A program made the position numbers and the translations under genes. Source: an uncultured Enterobacteriaceae bacterium (GTDB lineage Bacteria; Pseudomonadota; Gammaproteobacteria; Eutrophobiales; Eutrophobiaceae). Taken from it: 64,000 nucleotides of DNA. This document shows, in pieces, positions 21,102 to 31,109 of the stretch. The notes beneath the pieces were generated by a model. That model did no database searches and had not been told where the DNA came from. It was given only the letters and a program-made list of their open reading frames with translations. The stretch is taken from contig CAZGBJ010000002.1 of assembly GCA_964523895.1 (NCBI GenBank), forward strand, positions 86,898 through 150,897. The letters run 5' to 3'. How positions within the stretch are numbered: the first letter of the stretch is position 1; each line of letters starts with the position of its first letter.

Positions 21102-21929
21102 TTATTTATTAAAACGTTTTTTAATTTTTTGTAAAAAACCTTTGGGTGAAGAAAAATCTTCCCGGATACGCACCAAAATGATCGAGATGTTATCCTTGCC
21201 CCCTCTTTTGTTCGCAAATTCCACTAATTTATCTGCGGTTTGTGCAAGATTAGCACTATATTTACTTAGGGTTAAGTGAATTTCTTCATCTTTTACCATA
21301 TCATTCAATCCATCCGAGCAGAGAAGGTAAATATCGTCTGGTAAAACGCTTTCTTCGACCAAATCGACATCAACATTTGCATCTATTCCCATGGCTCGTG
21401 TCACCAGATTTTTAGGTGTGTTGGCATGTGCTTCTTCCGGTGTATATAAACCCCGGTCTATAAGCTCCTGAATTAAAGAGTGATCCTTGGTGACTTGTTG
21501 TAACTCATTGTTTCTTAAGCGATATAAGCGTGAATCGCCGACATGGGCAATGGACAAGATATTGTCATGAAAGAGTCCAACAACAATGGTTGTACCCATG
21601 CCCTGACATTGTGGATCGGCCTTGGCGGTATTGTAAATGACTGAATTTGCTTGAACTACCATCTCACGAACGACCAGAGACTCATTGCAGAAACCAGTAG
21701 CTTCATCAATTTGTCCTTTTTTTGCTTTATTTAGTCCATTAGTGATGCCATACAAAATATTGGTAACAGCAAGTGCACTGGCGACTTCTCCAGCTTTGTA
21801 GCCACCCATTCCGTCCGCTAGAATGACCAAGCCCTGTCTCCCATCAGTAATCGTGCTGTCTTCATTGTGTGGCCGCTTCCGACCAACATCAGACTGATTT
21901 ACGATTTCAAGTTTAGCTGAGAGATCCAT
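21102..21929 (-). CDS. PP2C-family Ser/Thr phosphatase (Stp-like)
   Basis: Motifs DVGRKRPHNEDS and ILADGMGGYKAGEVAS. 275 aa. Confidence 0.85.
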   Translation of the reverse strand: MDLSAKLEIVNQSDVGRKRPHNEDSTITDGRQGLVILADGMGGYKAGEVASALAVTNILYGITNGLNKAKKGQIDEATGFCNESLVVREMVVQANSVIYNTAKADPQCQGMGTTIVVGLFHDNILSIAHVGDSRLYRLRNNELQQVTKDHSLIQELIDRGLYTPEEAHANTPKNLVTRAMGIDANVDVDLVEESVLPDDIYLLCSDGLNDMVKDEEIHLTLSKYSANLAQTADKLVEFANKRGGKDNISIILVRIREDFSSPKGFLQKIKKRFNK

Positions 21930-24439
21930 TATTTATTTTTTTGTATAATTTTCAAGCAATTACGTAAATCTTTTACTAATTCCGCACCTGTTTGATAACG
22001 ATCTTCAGGTGTTTTTTCTAGCACCTTATTTATCATCGTACTTATCTCTGATGAAATTGGCATTAACTCTTTGCGTAAGGCTATTATTTCAGGATGTGGT
22101 TCATTTGCAATGCAAAACATTAATGAGGCCATTGAATCACCTTTAAATGGCAATTCTCCGGTTAATAATTGAAATAACATGACGCCAAGCGAGAATATAT
22201 CTGAGCGGCCATCAATATGTTTTCCCACGAGCTGTTCTGGTGACATATAAGAAGGTGTGCCTAACACCATCCCTGTTTTTGTTTTACTTGAATCTGTAAT
22301 TCGCGCTATACCAAAATCAGTTAGCTTAACCGTCGATTCTTTGGGAATTAACATAATATTGGCAGGTTTAATATCACGATGTACGACTTTTTGTTGGTGC
22401 GCATAACTTAATGCTTCGGCTGAAAGAATAACCAGTTGAATAACGGTTTTAATCGGAAGCAGTTTACCCTGTTTCGTATAACGCATGAGATCATGTCCAT
22501 CGAGAAATTCCATGGCGATGTAGGCCAGATCATGTTCATCACCGACATCAAAAATGGTGACAATATTAGGGTGGGTTAAGCGTCCGGCAGTTTCGGCTTC
22601 GCGAAAAAAACGTTCCTTGGCCTCATTTAGCTCATCTCCTTCAAATTCTTGTGACAAGGCCATTGTTTTTATTGCAACGACGCGATTGATTTTTGGATCC
22701 TTGCCCTGATAAACAATGCCCATCGCACCTTTACCTAATTCTTTTTCAATCTGAAAACGGCCTAGCATGGGTTTTTCTACAGAGCCATCTTCTAGAATAC
22801 TGACACCCGCTGTTCCACCGGAAGCACCAAACATAACGGTATCCTGCATAGCATTACTGCGTTTTATTCGATCAGCTACGTCCTTAAATTTAGCATCGTG
22901 TTTAGTCATGTATTCATAGATAGAAGATGCTTTATTAAATTGACGTTTGCGTTCGAAGTCGAGTGCCAGGTTATAAAGTGGTTCCATAATAGAGTCGTCG
23001 AGTGGACATTGGCGAAACTTATCCAACGCCATATCCAATTGCCCTTGTTGCTGGTAAGACAAGCCCAATGTTCGATTACTATCAGCCGATGCTTGATCTG
23101 ATTGAATCTTGCCTTTTTCTGTTACCAGGTAACGTTTGGATATCAGCAGTATGTAGCCGGCAATAAGTAATGTCGTCGGTAACATAAACTGTAACCAGAG
23201 ACCGGAATACAACAAAAACTGACTACTACCGATTAACAAAACAAAACAAACAAAACTGATCGTTGCAGCTAAGTTTGCAGATAGGCGTGGTAGTAATAAC
23301 ATCAGGTAGAGTGCAATCAGGATAAAAACAGAAATTTCAACTGGCCAGGCCCAGCCGGGTATTTCAATAAAGTCCTGATTCAAAATACTGGCAACAATAT
23401 TTGCTAAAACTAATACCGGTGGCATAGCTTCAGCAATCGGTGTAACAACCGAAGTGCCAACACCAAAAGCACTTGCGCCGATTAATACAATCTTGTCTTT
23501 GTAAATGCTTGCATCTATAACGCCGGAATAAACATCGTAAAATGAATCCATAGAAAAAGAAGAGTTACCTTGTGCATCCTGATAGAAGAAAGGATAAATG
23601 CGACCAATATCATCTAAAGTGATCGAAAGGTTACCGAGATTAAATTGTTTGTTTTCTGAAATTTTTAGATCCTGACTGCTAAGGTTCAGACTAGCGGCAG
23701 CAATCATTGCCGCAAGTGAAGGTATAATTTGTCCGTAGTGATCGACGGCCAACAGATCTGAACGAATACCGCCATCATTATCCAGCCACATATTCAGATG
23801 GCCTATGGCATGTGTTGTTTCGCCAAGAATATTGATTGGTGGTGTAGCACTGATGGTTGGATAAATATAGACACCACTGTCTATGTCTGCATTAAATCCC
23901 ATAGCATTACGAGAAACATATTCAGGCAAAGGTTCATCGGGTTTGCCAAGTGGCGTCCCTAGTTGAAACTGCATACCCATAACTACGTTGCCAGCGTGTT
24001 GCATGGCGTTGGCAAGCTTGCCGTCTGAATCCAGTTCGGATTGGCCTTGTTTCAATATATTTATAGCCTCACTCAATTCGGGATCAGATTTAGACTCAAG
24101 ATTATTAATTGCGTCGTTAAAGTATTTATCACCCAGATGGGTCTGAGGTTCTGATAAAAGAATACTGTTACCAATGACACTTACGCCACCTTGCGCGAGC
24201 TTTTCAATCATCTCTGCTTGAAGAGAACGTGGCCAGGGCCAACGTCCCAGGTTCTCTATGCTTTTATCATCAATAGCAATGACGGCGATATTTTGTTGTG
24301 ACTCACGAGCAAGCAGGTTCATTGCAAAGTCATAATTTGCAAATTCCAGTTTTTCAATGAATTGACTGTTGGCAAGGAATAAGAAAACAAGGGTTATAAA
24401 TAACCCTGCAAACCAGTCTTTTTTCCAGAAAGTTCCCAT
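21929..24439 (-). CDS. CHASE2-domain transmembrane Ser/Thr protein kinase with TPR-like linker
   Basis: N-terminal CHASE2 (LGRWPWPRSLQA), multiple TM helices, and a C-terminal Hanks kinase (LGKGAMGIVYQG…AIK; HRDIKPANIML; DFGIA). Confidence 0.85.
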   Translation of the reverse strand: MGTFWKKDWFAGLFITLVFLFLANSQFIEKLEFANYDFAMNLLARESQQNIAVIAIDDKSIENLGRWPWPRSLQAEMIEKLAQGGVSVIGNSILLSEPQTHLGDKYFNDAINNLESKSDPELSEAINILKQGQSELDSDGKLANAMQHAGNVVMGMQFQLGTPLGKPDEPLPEYVSRNAMGFNADIDSGVYIYPTISATPPINILGETTHAIGHLNMWLDNDGGIRSDLLAVDHYGQIIPSLAAMIAAASLNLSSQDLKISENKQFNLGNLSITLDDIGRIYPFFYQDAQGNSSFSMDSFYDVYSGVIDASIYKDKIVLIGASAFGVGTSVVTPIAEAMPPVLVLANIVASILNQDFIEIPGWAWPVEISVFILIALYLMLLLPRLSANLAATISFVCFVLLIGSSQFLLYSGLWLQFMLPTTLLIAGYILLISKRYLVTEKGKIQSDQASADSNRTLGLSYQQQGQLDMALDKFRQCPLDDSIMEPLYNLALDFERKRQFNKASSIYEYMTKHDAKFKDVADRIKRSNAMQDTVMFGASGGTAGVSILEDGSVEKPMLGRFQIEKELGKGAMGIVYQGKDPKINRVVAIKTMALSQEFEGDELNEAKERFFREAETAGRLTHPNIVTIFDVGDEHDLAYIAMEFLDGHDLMRYTKQGKLLPIKTVIQLVILSAEALSYAHQQKVVHRDIKPANIMLIPKESTVKLTDFGIARITDSSKTKTGMVLGTPSYMSPEQLVGKHIDGRSDIFSLGVMLFQLLTGELPFKGDSMASLMFCIANEPHPEIIALRKELMPISSEISTMINKVLEKTPEDRYQTGAELVKDLRNCLKIIQKNK

Positions 24440-24535
24440 ATATTCCCAGTTATTATTTTTATTTAGAATGCAATATAAATTAAAAGAATGGTTTTATTAT
24501 ACGCATCAACGAAATGGAAAACGATTAGTTATAGT

Positions 24536-26431
24536 CTATATTTTGGTCTCCAAATCATTTTTCTTTTCAAAACCAGAGAGAATAATTTCAACCTGTGTTC
24601 CATGCTCATCACTAGAAATATCCAGTTTTGCATTAATGCCTTCCGCACGTTTTTTCATATTTTTAAGTCCACGGCTTGTTCGGTCACTTTGATCGCACCA
24701 ACTTCCATCATCACGAATATGTATTAAAATTTCATGAATACCATCTTCATGATTATTTGATTTAGTTGCAACATAAAGATTTTTTGCACGACTATGTTTT
24801 AATACGTTTGATATAGCTTCTTGCAAAATTCGCATTAAATGGAGTGCTTTACGTGGGCCAAAATCTTCCAATATAGGTAAAGGTTTTACTTGCCAGTGAA
24901 GTTTTATACCATGTCCATCTAATCTTGGTTGTAAGCGAGAACGTAACATACCAAGCAGCGTTGGTAGATCTTCGCTCGCTGTATCTAATGAATCAATTAC
25001 AAGTCGTAAATCTGTTAAGCTCTGTGCTAACGCATCGCGCATATCTGATTGTGAAATACGGCCAGTATCAATCTCAGCTAACATTGCCACAAGTTGACCA
25101 CCAACACCATCATGCACATCCTGCATAATTCTATCGCGTTCTTCAGACAGTAGTTTTTCCTGTTCCATTTTTTTTAAGCGTTCATAGTTTTCCGTTAGTT
25201 CAATTTCCTTATTTTTAATTCTTTGTTCAAGTTGAAGGTTTAGTGATTCAGATTCTCTAAGTACATTTATGAATCTTGACAATAAAAACCAGATTAAAAC
25301 TAACATTGTGGGTAGACCACTGTATTGGATTAATAGACCTCGGGTTCGATCAATAAGTCCTGAAATAACTAAAAAATCATTTAAGCCAAACGTAAAAATG
25401 ATGGTTCCTGCAATTAGTAATAATTTAATTTCAATTATCGGTTTTTTACCATGTGCATATAAAAGGAAAAGCATCGTATAAGTTCCAATTGGTAATAATG
25501 AAAGATCCCATACCAAATAAGCATATTTATGAACCCATTCTTGTGAAAAGATAAATAAAGGTAATGCACCTAATAATCCATAAATCATTAAAGCTTTTTC
25601 TCGCTTTGGATAAACTTTACCAACATAACGATGGTTAAAAATAATTAACGCAATAACCATCCATCCTAACAAAGTAAAATATAAACCGTCCCACAGTGTT
25701 ACTGATATTCCATGCGGTGGATCGATAAAATGAGGAATGTTATGTAAGGTCCAAAAGAAGGTGCAAGCGGTAAACCACCCATACATTGAATCTTGTCTAC
25801 GTAATATCCAGAGTACTCCCATGAATAAACTTAAAAACAGCATGCCAAAAGTAATAATAGCAACAAGGGTAAAGCGATAATGATAGCGCCACTCCCAGGC
25901 AGATTTCATAGCTTGTGTCGGACCAAAATAAATATCACCGAGTAAACCATTTGCAGATGGCGAGCTGTGTAAATATATTTCTATCAGATGCTCGCCAGAG
26001 TTGAGACTACTTTCAGGTAGACTGACAAATAATGGTCTACTCCAGATACGACCACTTACAACATGTTCTGGATAATTGCTTTTGACAGGAGTTTGATCAA
26101 CCCAGACATCAGCAATCTGTTGAACATGCGTAATAAACAGTGCTAATGGTTGATCAATTGATTCTTCTATCGTTACTGGAATTTGATACCAACCAGATTC
26201 AATAGCAGTATCAACTCCTCGCCAATCATGAGGTAGTTGAATTAATTTTTTATTATTTGTTGGCTGATCGTTATCAGTAATGAAATAAACATTATCAAGT
26301 TTAAAGGATGAATCAGGATCAGGTAGCCAGGATGGTGAGAAAAAGACGATTAGTAAAAAAAACACACCAAAAACGAATATCCATCTTGGTGTATTTCTAA
26401 TAACAGAATATGTTTCTCTTAATACCTTCAT
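24536..26431 (-). CDS. 7TMR-DISM sensor histidine kinase (HisKA_3/NarX-type)
   Basis: Periplasmic 7TMR-DISMED2-like region, 7 TM helices, a coiled coil, then HisKA_3 (DVHDGVGGQL) and HATPase_c. Confidence 0.8.
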   Translation of the reverse strand: MKVLRETYSVIRNTPRWIFVFGVFFLLIVFFSPSWLPDPDSSFKLDNVYFITDNDQPTNNKKLIQLPHDWRGVDTAIESGWYQIPVTIEESIDQPLALFITHVQQIADVWVDQTPVKSNYPEHVVSGRIWSRPLFVSLPESSLNSGEHLIEIYLHSSPSANGLLGDIYFGPTQAMKSAWEWRYHYRFTLVAIITFGMLFLSLFMGVLWILRRQDSMYGWFTACTFFWTLHNIPHFIDPPHGISVTLWDGLYFTLLGWMVIALIIFNHRYVGKVYPKREKALMIYGLLGALPLFIFSQEWVHKYAYLVWDLSLLPIGTYTMLFLLYAHGKKPIIEIKLLLIAGTIIFTFGLNDFLVISGLIDRTRGLLIQYSGLPTMLVLIWFLLSRFINVLRESESLNLQLEQRIKNKEIELTENYERLKKMEQEKLLSEERDRIMQDVHDGVGGQLVAMLAEIDTGRISQSDMRDALAQSLTDLRLVIDSLDTASEDLPTLLGMLRSRLQPRLDGHGIKLHWQVKPLPILEDFGPRKALHLMRILQEAISNVLKHSRAKNLYVATKSNNHEDGIHEILIHIRDDGSWCDQSDRTSRGLKNMKKRAEGINAKLDISSDEHGTQVEIILSGFEKKNDLETKI

Positions 26432-26599
26432 CTTTTATAAGAGCTTTGCATGGATAGATATTTTGTTTTCATACGAGGCAAGAATGCGCGGAGAAGCGGA
26501 GTTTATATTACATAAATGAGTATTCGAGCACATTATTACCAACAGTAGGCGCTTTAGGCGACAAAGTTATGGGAGCAAAATAGCATTCGTGAAAAGCCC

Positions 26600-27307
26600 T
26601 TATGTGTCGGATTTGATAATACCTTGCTGCACTCCCTTCATAACAGCTTCAGCTCGTGTCTTGACTGCTAGCTTGCGATAAATATTTCGAATATGCGTAT
26701 TGACTGTATGACGTGAGATTTCATTTTGATCAGCAATCTCCTGCGCATTATATCCATGACTGACAAAGTTTAGAATTTCCTGTTCTCGTTTAGTAATTTT
26801 TTCTGTCGCTTGGTCATCTGATTCTTCAACAATAGGTTCATCATTACTTCGAAACCGTTTTAATAAATGTTGTGCAATTGCAGGACTGATTGGTGCACCA
26901 CCATTCATTAATTGAAAGATGGCATTGGCAATTTGATCAGCGCCGCCATCTTTTAATAAATAGCCACCTGCACCTGCTTCAATAGCACGAATAACATGTC
27001 TTTCATCACCAAATACCGAAATTACCATCGCTTCAGTATTCATATCATTTGTTTTAATCTGGTGAATCAAGTCCACTCCATCACCATCAGGTAAATCCAA
27101 ATCAGTAAGTAAAATATCAGGTGATAATTTGTGTAAGAGAGCACATGCCGTTGCATAGTCACCGGCATCACCCAGTAATTCCAGTTGTGGATGGCCAGTG
27201 ATAACTCGAGAAAAACGTTCACGTGTGGACGAATCATCCTCAACAATTAGGACAGTGGCTATTTTTTCCATTATTTCCGGTTGTTCTTTTATGGTGGATA
27301 GATTCAT
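26600..27307 (-). CDS. NarL/FixJ-family response regulator (REC + LuxR HTH)
   Basis: TVLIVEDD REC domain and a C-terminal LuxR-type HTH (LTKREQEILNFVSHGYNAQEIAD). The true start may be the internal ATG at 27271. Confidence 0.85.
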   Translation of the reverse strand: MNLSTIKEQPEIMEKIATVLIVEDDSSTRERFSRVITGHPQLELLGDAGDYATACALLHKLSPDILLTDLDLPDGDGVDLIHQIKTNDMNTEAMVISVFGDERHVIRAIEAGAGGYLLKDGGADQIANAIFQLMNGGAPISPAIAQHLLKRFRSNDEPIVEESDDQATEKITKREQEILNFVSHGYNAQEIADQNEISRHTVNTHIRNIYRKLAVKTRAEAVMKGVQQGIIKSDT

Positions 27308-27579
27308 ATGGAAAACTATCCTGCCATTTAAATTAGCCTACGAATATACCTAATTCTCAGTATATGAAACAGTAAATCTACCTAATACTGGTGATTGGAA
27401 TTAATACTTAAGCCCCACAAAATAGACACATTACTGCGAAATAAAGTTACGGGGTTGGGGGTCCTTTTGTTAACAGCGTTATATAGGGCTAAAATTCGTA
27501 TGCTTATGATATTTAACATGTTATTGTTTTTCTCAATAATAAAAGTCAAATCATTGGCGACAAAAACAACGGTAAAACA

Positions 27580-29148
27580 ATGGCTTGCATCAGGCTCAGT
27601 AGATTCATGTGTTGCGCAATCACACTATATGGTTTTATTGCCATGAGTCCTCTATTGTCTGCTGAAGAGATTCCCACGGTCAGTTTTTCTGTGACCGAAT
27701 TTTCTATTTTAGGTGAAAACCCTATTTCAGAGGAAGAAACTAATCAAACCTTATCTTCCTTCCTAGGCGAGCATCAAGGTCTTGACGGGTTATTAGAAGC
27801 GGCAGCTGAACTTGAAGCTGCGATTTTGAATGCCGGTTATTCATTTAATCGCGTCGTTCTACCACCGCAGACTTTACAAGCTGGAGTTGTTCAATTGAAA
27901 ATCACGCAAATTAAATTGGCCAATATTGAAATAGAAGGAAATCATTTTTTTTCAAATGAAAATATTATTCATTCAATCCCCGGTTTAGTTCCGGATACGG
28001 TTCCCGATACCAGACAACTGGCAAGGCAATTAATCGTTGCAAATAATCATCCATCTAAAAGCGTCACGATCAGAATGAAACAAAGTAAAAAACCAGAAAG
28101 TGTCGATGCTGTGCTGAATGTACAAGATCAACGACCCTGGCAAATATTTAGTGTTTTAAACAACATCGGCACATCGAAGACAGGTCGTTTAAGGTTTTCT
28201 GCAGGAGGACAACATAACAATCTATTAGGTTTCGATGACAGCCTTACTGCAAGCTATACCACCTCACCTGGCAATACCTCTGATGTAAAACAATGGGGTT
28301 TAAATTATCGGATACCCGTTTATAAATATTCCGGAGAGTTTAACTTCTTTTATTCTCGTTCAGATGTGGATAGCGGAACAGTACAAAGTGTTTTTGATGT
28401 GAGTGGTGCAGGTAAATTTCTTGGTGGTAGTTATACGCATACATTTCTCAATCGAAAAAATTATCGTCATCGGATGAGTGTCGGCGTTGATGATAAATTT
28501 TTTCAAAACAATGTGGCATTTCTAGGAGCACCAATCGGTATTGATGTTAGAAGCCGTCCATTGATGCTTTCTTATTTTGGTGAATACCAGATGGAAAAGT
28601 CACAAATCCGATTCAATATCAGCCATGTTCGTAATTTAAATGGCGGTAATTTAAATAGTAGTACAACTTATGCTGCTTCTCGAGCAGGTGCTCAACAAGA
28701 TTGGGATGTTGTTCGTTACAATGCTACCTATAACAGAGCATTATCTAAAAATTGGTTATTAAAATTTTCCTGGAATGGACAATGGAGTAATGAGCCTTTA
28801 ATCAGTGGTGAACAATTTGGTATTGGTGGTGTAAATTCAGTACGAGGTTTTGAAGAGCGTGCTGTTACTGGTGATAGAGGCGATCAGGCAACAGTCGAAT
28901 TTTCAAGACCAATCTTAAATAACAATACACAAGTAAGACTATTCACAGATATAGGCCATATTAAAGTTATATCACCTGCAGCGGGTCAAGTTGCCAGTCA
29001 AACATTAGCCAGTATTGGCGCTGGAATAAGCTGGCGCTGGAAAGACAAGCTGAGTTTCTCGCTAGATTATGCACATGAATTAAATGATGGCCGCACAATA
29101 GATATTGGTGGCACAAAAACACATGCCAGTATTTTCTTTCGGTTTTAA
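27580..29148 (+). CDS. Two-partner secretion outer-membrane transporter (TpsB; ShlB/FhaC/HecB family)
   Basis: POTRA and beta-barrel pattern with a C-terminal ...FFRF aromatic terminus and a signal peptide. The start codon is uncertain. Confidence 0.85.
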   Translation: MACIRLSRFMCCAITLYGFIAMSPLLSAEEIPTVSFSVTEFSILGENPISEEETNQTLSSFLGEHQGLDGLLEAAAELEAAILNAGYSFNRVVLPPQTLQAGVVQLKITQIKLANIEIEGNHFFSNENIIHSIPGLVPDTVPDTRQLARQLIVANNHPSKSVTIRMKQSKKPESVDAVLNVQDQRPWQIFSVLNNIGTSKTGRLRFSAGGQHNNLLGFDDSLTASYTTSPGNTSDVKQWGLNYRIPVYKYSGEFNFFYSRSDVDSGTVQSVFDVSGAGKFLGGSYTHTFLNRKNYRHRMSVGVDDKFFQNNVAFLGAPIGIDVRSRPLMLSYFGEYQMEKSQIRFNISHVRNLNGGNLNSSTTYAASRAGAQQDWDVVRYNATYNRALSKNWLLKFSWNGQWSNEPLISGEQFGIGGVNSVRGFEERAVTGDRGDQATVEFSRPILNNNTQVRLFTDIGHIKVISPAAGQVASQTLASIGAGISWRWKDKLSFSLDYAHELNDGRTIDIGGTKTHASIFFRF

Positions 29149-29153
29149 ATAAA

Positions 29154-30521
29154 ATGAATCAGCAAACACACACATCATTTTTTTTACATTTAGCATTTTT
29201 GTTTGTGTGTTTACCAACAATAGTTAAAGCGAATGTAAATCAGGAAGAAATTGGCGAAGTTGTTTTTGCAAGAGGCGCAGTATCTGCTCAATCTCAAATT
29301 GGTGAAGTTCGTGTACTAGGAAAAGAAGCACCTATTTTTCAAGGTGATGTGATAACAACGGGACCAAAAAGTTTTAGTGTCATAAAAATGATGGATGATA
29401 GCCGAATATCAGTTAGACCCGACACGGTGTTTTCATTTGAAAATTATTCGATGAAAGAAAATGATGAAAGTGCAGTAATGCAATTATTCAAAGGTGGCTT
29501 AAGAGCAATCTCCGGGCTAATTAGTCAACGTAATCCAGAAGCCTTTAAATTGAATACCGCTGTAGCAACCATTGGCATACGCGGAACAGATTTCGATGCA
29601 AGACTATGTGAAATCGATTGTGCAATTGATGATAAAAAATATAAAAAGAAAGACGCGACTGTTGCAAAAGTCGTATTCCTAAGAGGCAATGTAAGTGCCG
29701 TCAATATAAACAATGAACAACGAGAGCTTGAATTAAATTCATCTGTTTATGAAGGCGAAACATTAATAACAGGTAAAAAATCTTATGCTGTCATCGCGTT
29801 TAACGATGAAAGTAAAATGACTTTAAAAGCGGAAACAGAATTAAAAATAGAAAGACACCGTTATATCTCGCCCGAATCGGATAAGAATGATGCCGTTTAT
29901 AAATTAATCAAAGGTGGTATGCGCGCCTTAACTGGTTTGATAGGTAAAAACAATAAAGAGGCCTATAAAGTTAAAACAGCAACAGCAACGATCGGTATTC
30001 GTGGAACTGGCTATGACTTGATCTGGTTAGGTGCATGTACCGGTGGCGCCAGCAGTTGTGGTCTAACGGGTTCAGTCTGGTTAGGAGCTATCTATGCAAA
30101 GAATGATGCTGGTGAATTCGAATTATTGGAAAATCAATCATTCATAATTCGATTAACTGATACACCCGCTACAATTATAAATACACCACCGGTGTTTGAT
30201 AGTCCGCGACCAGATAAAGTGGATGTTAACTTTGACGAACTGTTTGGAGACGAAGCCGAAGATGTTCCATCAGGATTGTACGCCAATACCCGTGAAGGCA
30301 TTGTTTATATGGAACGCGATGGCGAGATTATTGAGATGCGACCGGGCGAAGGCGGCTTTGTCTCAACTGATGGCAGTATCATTGTTAAATTGGAACGACC
30401 ACGAAACTTCCAAACGAATGATCCGTATTTACAAACGATCAATGAAGAGTTTGAAACGCTTTATGAGTTACTCGATGACAGTGTTATCGAACAAAATGAA
30501 TTTGAGTGCATTGTGCAATGA
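29154..30521 (+). CDS. Double FecR-domain protein, secreted
   Basis: Signal peptide plus two FecR-like domains (VVFARGAVSAQ…; VVFLRGNVSAV…). Confidence 0.7.
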   Translation: MNQQTHTSFFLHLAFLFVCLPTIVKANVNQEEIGEVVFARGAVSAQSQIGEVRVLGKEAPIFQGDVITTGPKSFSVIKMMDDSRISVRPDTVFSFENYSMKENDESAVMQLFKGGLRAISGLISQRNPEAFKLNTAVATIGIRGTDFDARLCEIDCAIDDKKYKKKDATVAKVVFLRGNVSAVNINNEQRELELNSSVYEGETLITGKKSYAVIAFNDESKMTLKAETELKIERHRYISPESDKNDAVYKLIKGGMRALTGLIGKNNKEAYKVKTATATIGIRGTGYDLIWLGACTGGASSCGLTGSVWLGAIYAKNDAGEFELLENQSFIIRLTDTPATIINTPPVFDSPRPDKVDVNFDELFGDEAEDVPSGLYANTREGIVYMERDGEIIEMRPGEGGFVSTDGSIIVKLERPRNFQTNDPYLQTINEEFETLYELLDDSVIEQNEFECIVQ

Positions 30522-30536
30522 TAAAATATATTTTCG

Positions 30537-30800
30537 CTAACCAGACGTATGTAATTCTTCACGAATTATTTTGCGTAATGTTTTTTCAAGAGGTTGTTTA
30601 TTTTGCGAAATAGATTCTCTAAGCGCATCATTAATCAAGGTCTGGTAGTTACCACCACCGGCTTTATGAACTATTTTTTTAAAGTGATCAATGATGTCTG
30701 AATCTAATCGAATAGTTATGCGTACTTTATTCGGATCTGGTTTAACTACAGGTCCGCGTTTACCTTTACTGAAATCATCTTTCATAGTCTGTTTTTTCAT
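30537..30800 (-). CDS. brnA: BrnA antitoxin (RHH/CopG-like)
   Basis: …RITIRLDSDIIDHFKKIVHKAGGGNYQTLINDALRE is a BrnA signature. It sits downstream of brnT with a short overlap. Confidence 0.75.
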   Translation of the reverse strand: MKKQTMKDDFSKGKRGPVVKPDPNKVRITIRLDSDIIDHFKKIVHKAGGGNYQTLINDALRESISQNKQPLEKTLRKIIREELHTSG

Positions 30801-31059
30801 AATATTGTTTCGTTTCATGTTTTGTTGCTTTTCGTGCCGATATAATACGAATACAAGAATCATCAAGTTCTGCATGGATAACCAAAAGAAGTTTCAATTT
30901 TGCTCCTATACCAAGAGTTTTGAATCTCTGTTCAGCATGGTTAGGGTCTTCTATCGTCAAAGCCATGTCATCTTCCAAAGCAAATACAGCATCCGCAAAA
31001 TCAACACCATGCTTGCGAAGATTTTGGACTGCCTTGTCCTTGTCCCATTCATATTCCAT
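30775..31059 (-). CDS. brnT: BrnT toxin (DUF497 ribonuclease)
   Basis: MEYEWDKDKAVQNLRKHGVDFADA … IRIISARKATKHETKQY is a BrnT signature. Confidence 0.8.
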   Translation of the reverse strand: MEYEWDKDKAVQNLRKHGVDFADAVFALEDDMALTIEDPNHAEQRFKTLGIGAKLKLLLVIHAELDDSCIRIISARKATKHETKQYYEKTDYER

Positions 31060-31109
31060 ATACATCCAAGTATATGCACAAACTGTGCACAAATAAAGGT
31101 ACGGAAGAT

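Noticed and set aside
20385-24439. Type VI secretion regulatory module (Fha/PppA/PpkA)
   Set aside because: No T6SS structural genes (tssA-M, hcp, vgrG, clpV) are present anywhere in the window. The FHA / PP2C / STK trio is therefore treated as a free-standing signalling operon.
27395-27646. 83-aa ORF overlapping the tpsB start
   Set aside because: It overlaps the tpsB signal-peptide region in another frame. There is no domain and no RBS, so it is likely spurious, although the exact tpsB start remains uncertain.
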